Of a stretch of DNA of 64,000 nt, positions 51,617 through 62,263 are shown piece after piece. The notes below the pieces were generated by a model that was given only the letters and a program-made list of their open reading frames with translations, ran no database searches and was not told the origin of the DNA. The translations under genes and the position numbers were made by a program. This DNA is from Azolla caroliniana (taxonomy: Eukaryota; Plantae; Polypodiophyta): positions 9,548,001-9,612,000 of the forward strand of contig JBHGNT010000009.1 of the NCBI GenBank assembly GCA_043228905.1, given 5' to 3'. Each line of letters opens with the position of its first letter. Position 1 is the stretch's first letter.

Positions 51617-54400
51617 TATTAATCCTGGGCCGGACTAGCCACTAACACAAGGTGTCCTTCCGGATCGCTTCACTAAAGGGGTGGTTACGGGGTTAATGCT
51701 TCCGACACAAATATAATTTTATCCGACTGGTTCTAGATCGGTTCCGGATTAACGACATACACGGATTGATTACACGCGTAAGATATGACAATAAGCACAG
51801 AACGGAAAGTAAGTAGATACACAATAATCTTAAAGCCAACTTTACTTATATTAATTCCGTCGCTTAATACATAGCTCTTCGGATCCTTCTGTAGGCATCT
51901 GGTTCTGTTTACAAAACGATGCCATATCGACAACCGGTTACGAATCGGTCCGGATCCGGATCAATGCAACTCTTCCGGATCCGTCCGTTCCTATTTTAAT
52001 TCTAGCTAATTAATAACTAATACTAATAACTTAAATTTCGCTTCCGACTCGTCCCCCACTTGTCTTTCATACTTTGGCCACCGGCCAACACATGACACGC
52101 CCGTGGGGCAGTACATTGTACGTTGAACCCACAGGGTAGCTCCGTCAATCATTGTCAAGTATGTCCAGTATGCTCTGATCTAGGGGTTCGAGTGGTTCTT
52201 TGTTCAATTGTTGCTCTTCTGGTTGTTGTTGTTGCGCCTGTTGTTGCTCTACAACTTCTTCTGGTTGAGGCATCTCCGTTTTTGTGTCGGTTTCGGCATT
52301 CTCTCAGTTTTCGGGTCCTGGTCGCTTTGTTCTGATCCGCACCGGCTCCCCTTGGTTGTTCACCTTCGGCTTCATTTGGCAGCTCCTCCTGCTGTGGTTG
52401 TGGTTCCGCAATCTGCTCCTCATCACTTATGTTTATTGTCGTCATTCGTTTTTCTGCTTCCAGCCACCCACGCTCCTGTTCAAATTGCTCAAGCTAAAGT
52501 TGTGTTCCGAGTTGGTCATCATCAAGTCTTTCAACCAGCCTCCGGACAACTTCGAGGTGAGCTTCAACCAAGGAAAAGAAGTCGTCAGCCAACTCCTCCC
52601 GGATGGTGACAATACTTTTTTCATCCATCTTGTAAAAGTTGTCGTCGGCCTTCTTCCGGTTCTCAGCATCTGCTTGGAGGACTTGTAATTCCGCCGCTTG
52701 TTGTGACCGTTGAGTCCACCAACCCACCGAGCTGTCGTCGATATTCTTCTTTGTCCTGTCCTTCCATGCCTTCACCATTGCCTTGATCCGGCCCACTCTG
52801 AGCTTTGTCTTGTCCTCCTCAACTTGCTTGTCCTCCTTCAGCTTCTTAATGAGGGCAGTGGTAGCTTGAGCCTGCACTTCATAGTTCACCAACTAGGTTT
52901 GGTAGGTTGTTCGGACCCTATCCAAAGCCATTTTTGCCCGTTCTACTTCTTCATAGTGCTTTTTGTTTAGCTCCATTTTTTCCTTTGCCGCTTCTACGAG
53001 TGCCTTTGCTGTCGCAACCGCTTTGCTTTGTTCATCTGCCAACTCCTCCATTTTATTGGCTAGTTCCGTCCAGATTTCTTTCAACTTTTCTTGTTGCCGG
53101 TCAAATTCCGACCCAAGATTCTTATGTTCGGCATCTAGTTGCTTGTGGTCCCGATGTAGCTTTTCAAAATCTTATGTTTTCTGCTTTAACCGGTGATTTA
53201 TCTGGGAGCGTGGTCGATCCTCTCTGTCCTTCTGCTACCAGATTTCTTCTTTCAACCGCTATATTTCCGTTTCCGCCATTCTTCGGAGACGGTTCTCCTA
53301 CTATCCATTTGGGGTTGTGTTTTGACAGGAGTTGTTGCCATTTGGATGCCTTATTTCGCGTGGTTTCTGGCCGGGTCTGCTTCTTTTGATTGATGGCGTG
53401 TGTTGGGGCGGGGGTACCAATAATGTTATCCAGTGGGCTAACCCACACCATGCCTTCTTCCCATCCACTACGGATGCGATGCCTGCTCGTAGAGAGTCGG
53501 CTATAATTAGTGGTCAATCCACCTGGAGGCCTTCAAATGTTGCTATGATAAATCCGGCCCCATTCTTTGGCATGGCCGGTTGTCGAGGATGCAAAAATCC
53601 ATATTCTAATAAAACAGAGCCACCTCCCTGAACAAGGGATTCTCACCGCCTTTTGTTCAGTATGCTTTGCTGGCGATGGAGTACTCCCCAAAGTATTCGG
53701 TCAGGATTTCTGTGGAGGGGTTCTTGATGGAATATAGTTCCTCTATAGGTAACCCAATCAAGGCTTGGATGGTGCCTTTAGAGATCTCCTTGAGGTCAAT
53801 CTTTGTTGCGATCTTCTCTGGTTCTTCCTGTGGCGGCGCATCCGCTACCCGGAGAAACCCTTCAAAACCATGTTTGCTGAACCAGTCTCTGGTAGCGGTC
53901 GAGAGTTCCATAGGGCATGTGTCTTCTTTGTCGGCTGCACTCCTACGATTGCCTGCTGATGCTTGGGTGATTGCCTATGCTTGTCTGGAAGCCTGTGTGC
54001 TTTGTTGTGCTCTCAAAAGACTTCTCTCGTGAAATGACAATCCTTCGTTTTTTCGAAAGTTTTGTATCCCCATTTCTATCAGCCCCCACTTCTTGAATAT
54101 CGCGCATGCACGTCATGTACCATAATAGTATGATTGCGCCGCGTAGTGCGCTTTAAATGGTTGTCGTCGCGCCTTTTCATGGTGGTTGTTCATCATATCG
54201 AATAGTTTTTTTTTTTCTCTCGTACGGCCTGAAATATGTGGTCATACTAGGTGGCGTTAAGTTAGTCTTTAGTACCCGACTACACCGGCTCCGTTGGAGA
54301 TGGAAGTGCACCAGTTTCCTCTTCTGTTTCCGGAACTTGCTATTCCTCCGGTTGCTTGAATGGGTTCTCCGGCATCGTGCCTTTGTATTGTTTAAACCAG

Positions 54401-55645
54401 TGTCGTGGTGTAGCGTCTGTAGTGTGAGAAAACCCGAGGTTCCACGCACATCTCATGAAATAATGTATAAATAAATAAATAATAATAATACTAATAATTA
54501 ACTTGTAGTAGCTTAGTGGTTAAGACTTATAAGTATATGTAGAGAGGTTTAGAGTTTGAGTCTCTCTTTTTACAAATCAAGGAATATTATGCTCCCCTTC
54601 CATTTTTGTGATAAAGGAAATAAATAAAAAAAGCATGTAATGTTAAAATAAACTCCTCTTTCCTCTATAAGAGAGGAGGGATAGGGTTTATTTGGGGGTT
54701 GCCCATTTTGTCTTCTAGGGGTGTACCACTAGGGTTTCATCTTCTCCTCTTCATCTTGGGTTAGGGTTTTGTAGCCTCCCTTTCTCCTTATCCCTTTTTC
54801 CATCTTCTCCTCTTCTTCTAGGGTGAGGGTTTGAGAGCTTCTTCTTTCTCCTCAACATACTAGAGGACTTAGGTTTTTAGGGTTGTGAGTTTTGCATCTA
54901 CTTGTGAGTTAGGGTTAGGGTTAGGGTTCCTTATATGACGACTTCTTCAACATCTCGATGGTGGTCAACTCGGTGGCCGGTTGCGGAAGGGAGGTTGTAG
55001 GGGCACGAGAGCTACTCTGAATCGAGGCAACATAGCCGTTGGAAGTAGTCGAGCTCGGAGCCCACTAGACTTGCCATCATCAGATTATTTTCAGCCCCTT
55101 GTGTGTTGATTAGCTGTTTTTGAATAATGATGAAACTATTTCTATGTAAAAGAATCACCTAAATCGTGGTATTTAACCTAACCATTGTACAAACCCTATT
55201 TTTTGCAACATAACTCTTGTATATTTTTGTCTACATTTCTCCCTAACCTCGTGCGTATTCTCCTTAAACATTTGCTAATCGTGGTGGCGAATCTCCCACT
55301 TCCTCACCCCTTGTGTCTCCTTGGTCCAAGGCCCCGACGGTCCCATTCGAGTGACACACGCATGAGAAACTTTGCAACATTAGTGAACCTGGCGTGAAAG
55401 AGCGGTAGGGGAGGACAAAGACGGATGAAGAAGAGATTACGTCGAAGCTGATGGTTGATTTCGTGTGGGCAAGGCGCAACGAAGGAAAGAAAGCAAAGGT
55501 TGACAACCTTTGGCCTCACCACATCACTTTTCTCTGGCACATGCTGGAGGATGTGCGGTTTGGTGGGGGTGGATGTCGTGGTGTGGCGTTTGCAATGTGA
55601 GAAAAACCGAGGTTCCATGCACACTACAAACGCCACACCACGACA
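54401..55645 (+). mobile_element. Non-autonomous LTR element inserted in the integrase C-terminus
   Basis: LTR 54401-55379; PBS-Trp-like 55381-55397; PPT-like ~55562-55573; truncated 3' LTR 55574-55645; 4-bp TSD CCAG/CCGG; removing it restores NGFRFKQYKG. Confidence 0.75.
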
Positions 55646-56642
55646 CCGGAAACCATTTATCCATTTGTCCAACACCTCGCCGGCTAGCGTGCCTAGTTGG
55701 TAAGATCCCTTGAATTCCCTCATAATCCAAAATGGTCTGGTCCACCGGAACTGCAGCTTCCCCGGCATCTTGCCCATCCGGGTCTGGAATACTAGCACTG
55801 GCTTGCCGATACCAAATTCTTTCTCGTTTCCTCGTATGTGCTGGTCCACAAAAGCTTTTCTCCTACGTTGTTCTAGCTCCAACTGTAACACACTGGCTAT
55901 CCGGTGTTCTACTAGTTCGCACAATGTTGCTAATAAGATCTTTTCTGATTCCTTCTCTCTTAATTGTTCCCGGACCTATATTCATAAGCTGGGAATTTGG
56001 AACTCCATAGGCATAACTGCCTCCAATCCGAATGCCAATCGGAACGGTGTCATCCGGATACTTGTTTTGTAAGCCGTCCGGTATGCCCATAATGCGTTGT
56101 GTAGTTTCATGTCCCAGTCTGTATGGTTCTTATTGACGATCTTCCGGAGAATATTTTGGAGCGTTTTATTTGTGGACTTCCCCAATTTGTTCGCCTGGGG
56201 ATAGTAAGGTGTGCTGCATTTATGCACTACTGCATAGAACATTGTAAGGCTTTCCACTACTTGCCCTAGGAAATGACCACCTTGGTCACTGATGAGCTAA
56301 ATCAGGCATCTGTACCGGCACCATATGTATTCATATAAAAATTTCGCTGTTGATGCCGTGGTGTTATCCCTGAGCGCTTTAGCTTCTACCCATTTTGTGC
56401 AATAGTCGGCCGCGACGACGATGTACCGATTTCCTATTCGCATTGCCGAAGGCTTGAATGGCCCCAAGAAGTTCAATCCGCATTTTTGAAACGGTTCTAG
56501 TGGCAATACGAGTTGATGGGGCATCCACGCTTGTTTTGTGGGTTGACCCATCGTTTGGCAGAGATCACATTCTTTACAATACCAGATCAAGTCTTTAAGG
56601 GTTGTCCACTACCATAGCCCACTGTCTACCCCAGTGTGGATC

Positions 56643-57520
56643 TGTTAAGAATTAGGTAGTTAATTAAGGGTTAATTAGTACCTAATTATGTGATTAAACT
56701 AAGCAAAAGATTAAGTGATATATGTGTGTATGTGTGTGAGAGGAAGAGAGAGAGGAAGAGAGAGAGGAAGTTAACACTTATGAACAACACAAGTTGGGGG
56801 ATGATTAACTCTATATTAAATTAGCATCATCAAATACAAAAATACCCACAATGAGGTATATATACATCTCATGTGCAAAGCTGCACATGTGCGAGTAGAA
56901 TATAAGTACTAAGGTGTAAGTCCTATATTAAATGAACATGGGAGTGGAGGATCTATGATGTATCTCACTTAAGTACAAAATCCTATTTAAGGCTTTAAGG
57001 TCAACACACTAAGTAGATTCTATCTAGGTAACTACTAAGTTACGCGTGTTAACTAAATGACTAAACTAAGTTGAGCTTGATATCTCAACACGCCCCGTCA
57101 AGCTCAAGTGTGAGACGTCTGACATCCGGTTTTGCTTTCGGCGTTGTCCGACTTTCGATGTTGGCTTCTATGCGGCTTTCAACGTCGTTATTTTCGTGGA
57201 AATTTTGATTCCTCCCCCTCAAGCCTGTGATGAAGACTTGGGTCGATTGCTTCCACCCATCATGGGTCACAAGCCACTTATGTAGAGCTCTCGGGCTCTC
57301 GTTCGACCGCTACCTTCATCGTGAAGGCATAATGATGGGCCATGTACTCGTTGTTTTCCGCTTGCCGACGTGAGCGCCTTTTGTACTCCCGGTGTCTGCA
57401 TGATGGGTACACCAAACTTACTTTCTAGTGAGGGAGCCGACACATCCGAATCACTGTTGTCGTGGTGATCGAATTCATATTCGGGCATCTTACCTTTACC
57501 TTTGTCCAAGGTCGTACTTG
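56643..57520 (-). mobile_element. Copia LTR (56643-57090) plus PPT and internal fragment
   Basis: TGTTAAG...TCTCAACA; KGKGKMPEYE linker like the other Copia copies. Confidence 0.7.
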
Positions 57521-59224
57521 GTCGCGAAGCGATATGGTGGTTGATGATGAATATGTGCAAGATGAAATGGAAGATATGACAGAAAAAGTTGTTGATGGTG
57601 AAGTACCCACAAGGGAGTTGCAAGATGAAGAAGGTAACCTGGAAGTGATAGCTGGAGATTGGCTTTTGGAGATCAATGCGTGTAAGGAAGCATTGGTAAG
57701 AGCCAAGTTGCAATGTATGAAGGTGCTCGTGCAAGATTTGTGTTTTGGATTTGCATTGAGTAGCAACAAAGTTATGTGGGCATCAAATCTTCAACAACAA
57801 TTTGATCAAGCGCCAAGAGAATTACTTGTAATGCATGATTGGAGTATCATGAACTTATCACCATCAAAGGATCCACCACAACTAATCAAATGTATAAAGG
57901 AGAAGGAATCATCTATCGACAATGGCAAACAAGAAGAGGAAAGCATAACAATTGATGAATCTTCGTGGGATAGGGAAAACAAATCATTCCACATGGTGTC
58001 TAAGGAGGAAGAAGAAGTCATTGAAGAGAAAAGTATTATCACCCTAAAGGGGAAAAAGAAGATGATTTCAAACGATGTCAAAGGAGAAGAGGATCTAAGG
58101 TTTATTTCTCTTCTTTTTAAGTTTCCAAAGTTATTCATAAATGACTATTCACATATAAGAGTAGAAGGCATCAAGCACCACATCAAGTTGGAGGATTTGA
58201 AGTTTGTCTTACCTATTGTTGTGGTTCCAAACAAGAAAGACATCAACTTCCAACCCTTGAACGATTCAACCAAACGAGATCTATTTTTGCTTCCTTTTTT
58301 AGATGAGATTATAGATGAAATGGTCAAACATACAAAACAAGGTAGTGCGGAGAATGTCACGTGCCAAGAAGGAATTCATGTGGAATCAAAGATCAAAGTA
58401 ATTCAAAAGGTGACAACTCTGACAAGTCTCAAAGCTTTGAAGGTGTTTGTGCAAAAGGTTCGCTCGCTCAAAAGGTTTATTCATATGTTGACATGCTTAC
58501 TTCTCTCAAGAGCTATGTATCGCATGACCCTACTTGTGTTTGGAAAGTTGATGAAGATATACTAATTGTTGTAACCTCTTTCTTTGTGTTGACAAGGAGA
58601 AAGATGGTGATGGCAATTGTCAATGTGTGTGTGTGTGTGTGTTTAGAAGTGTGAGGTTTTTCCTATCAACTAGCGGGGTTTTTTCTCACACAATAATTTG
58701 TTACATTCTGAAACGTGGAGAAAAGTAAAAGAAGAAAAAAGCGGGCCACCAAAATACAGTCTGAAACGAATGCTTATAACTCTTTCATTTTGAAGCCAAA
58801 TATAATGTGCAAATATGGGTTAGAAATCTTATGAAGAGAGCTATCCATAGCTTTTTAAAGCTTGGAAGAGGGAGATATGACGATTTGAAGATCGTTGTGG
58901 CATAGATAAGAATAGGAGTCGATGAAAACTCTAAAAAAAGCATAAAAAAGAAAGCATAAAAAAGAAAGCAAGGGAAGCTTATCCAGTGGAAAACTTTATA
59001 TAAAGGAAGAAGAGTAAGGTGGTATGAAAGAGTCTCCTTCTTGTGGTGTTTTTCTTGCCTATTCATGTAGTGCGTTTTTCTAGTGATCAATTTATCCTTG
59101 TAGGCTTGAGTTTATGTATCTTCTTTCTCTCTTACTTATACCACAATCATTCATTATCAATAAATCTCTGTTGTTTTGGATCTATATATCTTATTTCTCT
59201 CTTCTTTCTATCATCTCTCTATCA
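57520..59224 (+). mobile_element. Highly degenerate Gypsy pol remnant plus probable LTR 58699-59224
   Basis: PIVVVPNK...NFQPLNDSTKRDLFLLPFLDEIIDEM RT-like motif within ORF 57462..58565. Confidence 0.6.
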
Positions 59225-61092
59225 GTAATATTGGGGATCCAATCCTTTCATATCAGTGTAAGACCATGCAAATACATCTTGATACTCCGTGAGCAGGCGT
59301 ATCAGGGCTGAGCGTTCGTCGGTTGGTAAGTTGTTAGCGATTTGTAGTGTACGTGGGTTCTCGTCGGAGCCGAGGTTCAGTGACTCGAGCGTTGATGCTT
59401 TGACTTGCTGGGAGATGGCGAGTTCTCATTCAAACGCGTCCCGAGCTTGTCGTAATTCTACGATAGTTGTGGAATCGGCCTTGTCTTGGGGAAGTGAATC
59501 TGCCATGACATCCTCATCCAGTGGTGTGCCGAAGCCCGAGATGGCGTCTATTTCGAAGAGGGGTATGATAGTGGGATGATCTTCCAGGAAGTCATCCACC
59601 TCATCGTCGGCTAACCCGTCGAGCATGTGTACCCCTTCTGCATATAAGGGTGTGGTGAGGCGTTCTTTTGTTATTACCCGTACCTTGGTCTTCCCCCATC
59701 GGAAAGAGATCATATTCTGCTGCCAATGTTGTTTAATATTTGCTGTGCGCAGCCAGGGTTGACCAAGCAGCATGGGGTAAGCGCCCGGAGCTCCGAGGCA
59801 TAACATGACTGCCGAGATAGTGAACATGTGGCCGCCTAACGTGAAATCAAGGTGGCGGATTAACCCAATGGGGCGAACTGATCGCGTATCGGCAATCCGT
59901 AGCCAAAAGGGGCAACGTTCCCATTGGTTCAGGCCGAGCATGTGACGTTGGCCTCATTGATGACGTTCACGCCGGAGCCACCGTCGATTATGCATCCATA
60001 AAGGTCGCATCCTTTAATCATGATTTTCACGGCTGGATTCTGGGAATCCATGATGGGTGGGCCTATCCCTGGCTCTATCAAGTTAACAGGGGGTGCGACC
60101 GATTTGTCATTAGTCGTGAGCGTAGCCAAGGTCTCCCGAAAGCGTGGCATAAGCGATAAAAGCTTATGTAATGGCAGCGAGATCCTAGAACTGGTAAGGG
60201 CGTCCCATAGATGGTCATCTTCTACCGCGGTGGATGGTCTTGTGACTGTGGTTCTCCGATGGTCACGTCCCGCATCTCTGTGTGCATCCATTCCACGTTG
60301 CTTTTGTTAGCGGTGTCAATCCATTCCTTGGCTCCTTGTCGGATGTCATCTTGTACCTGCTATTGGATGCCCTGGGATTTGCTGCGTGTAGTGACGTGTT
60401 GAATGTCAGCCATAATAGTATTCATAGCCGGGGCCTTGCCGTAGTCCGTGGTTGGGCATTGGGTAGCGTAGTGGCCGGGTTGGTTACACTTAAAGCAAGT
60501 AACCGATGCTGAGTTACTGGTGTCACCGTGCTCCGTGTGTGGGAGAGGGTGGGAGAGGTTCCCAGCCGCTGGTGTAGGCGTGTTGGCCCGTGGCGCGTTA
60601 TGGGGAAGAGAGTTGTGTGGTACGTGTGGAGGAGGGTCCCGACGACGATTGTTGTTATGCAGTCGCTGGTTGCGTGAATACCGTTGATCGTACCGGTCAT
60701 CTCGGTCATTGTCATACCGATCATACTCGTCGTTTGCTGTATATTGGTCATCGTGGTATTGGTCACGACGGTCGTCTGATCTCCTGTGATTGTTGTGGCG
60801 GTAGTCTTCGTCATGGTGCTGGCGATCCGGGGATCGTGGTCGCTTGTTTGCCTGATGTTGGTATGACTGACGGTCGTCCTGCCGTGAGTATGTATTTCGA
60901 GGCTCGATCTGGCAAACCGGAGCCATCGTTGTACGGTTGAGCATGTTGTATTCGCAGTGTTCGGTCGTGTGGGATCGGGACTACCAGATTGGACAATGTG
61001 GTCGGTGAGGACACTCGAGAGCTAGATGGCCTGAGCCCGAGCAGGCTGTGCATTGGAGGGCCTGTCGGAAACGGTTGTCCTCCTGAGGAAGG

Positions 61093-61130
<38 letters not shown>

Positions 61131-61393
61131 AAAGCTCTCTGTAAGTTCACTCCGGCCATCGTTTTCTACGTTCTATAGCTCGTTGGAAAGCTCTTTGAGA
61201 GAGCTTTCTAAAGAATGTTCATTTACTGAATTCCGTTAACGTGGCGAGAAGTTATGAGCATTTTCATCCGCAGCCATCTTTGCCCCACGATTCCTCAAAC
61301 GGAAGGTAGATTTTGAAGCCCTAAATCGAGTGAAAGGTATATTCTCTCTCCTTCCCTCTTTGTCTCTCTTTTCCCATACGGTTTGTCCCTACA

Positions 61394-62263
61394 ATGGCAA
61401 ATACTCGTAAAACCGCCGCAAAGTTTGGGGGTATGATTGATAATGAGCCGAGATCACCAACAAATCTTGATTCTAATGCAATGGACAAAATGCTTATGAG
61501 TCACTTGATTTCTCTTCAAGAAACCATAAACAAGCAAGGTGAAGAGATTAGGATGTTAATGAAAGAGAATACTAAGCTCCAAAGTGTTGTCATTGAGAAT
61601 GAAAGTCTTAAACAAGTGGTTGCAAAACTTCAAGAAGAGATTCAAGAATGTAAAAGAGCTTCATTTGAAACAAATGAGCGCCTTAACAAGATTGAGTTAA
61701 AGGAAGCATTAAAAGAAGAAAAATTGGACACGATGAGGCGGGATGTAAGTGAGATGAAAAATGTATGTACAACGAAGTCATGGGCCGATGTATGTGGTGG
61801 GGATGTGTTATCAAACTCATCTAATATGCAGGTGATGCATCAAGAGAAGAATATAGAAAGCATAGATGTCCGAGAATTGAAAGAACGCGAACGACGATCA
61901 AAGAACATTGTCGTCCGTGGGATTAAAGAAGAGAGTATGGAAACACCCGCATCCCTTGGAAAGGCCATTGGTGAATTTTTTAGCATGCATTATGGGATGT
62001 CAGATGTGAATGTATATGGGGCACACCGAGTTGGGAAACATGGTGTTACTCGCTCCGGAGAAAGGCCTATTGTATGCACAATGACAGATGATACAAAGCG
62101 GCGGATCATACTCGAAAATAGTTGGGTATACCTCAAAGGTACACAATGCTTTGTGAGTGAAGATCGTACTATCTCACAACAAAATGCTCGTCGTAAAGCA
62201 TATGAAGAAAGATTGAAAAACAAGGTTAAGGATGTGCCTAAAGATGGAAATGTAGGCAAATAG
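61394..62263 (+). CDS. LINE ORF1 (coiled coil plus RRM-like domain)
   Basis: 289 aa; ERRSKNIVVRGIKE...HRVGK...RPIV...LKG...FVSEDRT. Confidence 0.88.
   Translation: MANTRKTAAKFGGMIDNEPRSPTNLDSNAMDKMLMSHLISLQETINKQGEEIRMLMKENTKLQSVVIENESLKQVVAKLQEEIQECKRASFETNERLNKIELKEALKEEKLDTMRRDVSEMKNVCTTKSWADVCGGDVLSNSSNMQVMHQEKNIESIDVRELKERERRSKNIVVRGIKEESMETPASLGKAIGEFFSMHYGMSDVNVYGAHRVGKHGVTRSGERPIVCTMTDDTKRRIILENSWVYLKGTQCFVSEDRTISQQNARRKAYEERLKNKVKDVPKDGNVGK

Larger units (their letters stand above)
51617..61095 (-). mobile_element. Gypsy (Athila/Tat-like) copy C: gag, protease, RT start, integrase, extra ORF, LTR 51617-52090; RT/RNase H lost; nested insertions
   Basis: CFKCNQPGHYATQC; IIDGGSGVN; VFAWSYTDMKGLDP; DYCTKWVEA; YYPQAN; GKLQFRWT..F...INGFR; extra ORF ~54000->52150. 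Confidence 0.82.

Noticed and set aside
54909-54926. (TTAGGG)3 as an interstitial telomere
   Set aside because: Lies within an LTR rich in TAGGGTT telo-box-like motifs, which are common in plant LTRs
57462-58565. 367-aa ORF as a host gene
   Set aside because: It spans a Copia/Gypsy junction and contains decayed RT motifs; an accidental open frame
60360-60944. R/D-rich low-complexity ORF as an SR-like host protein
   Set aside because: Ends in a CCHC knuckle directly upstream of the retroviral protease; it is Gag
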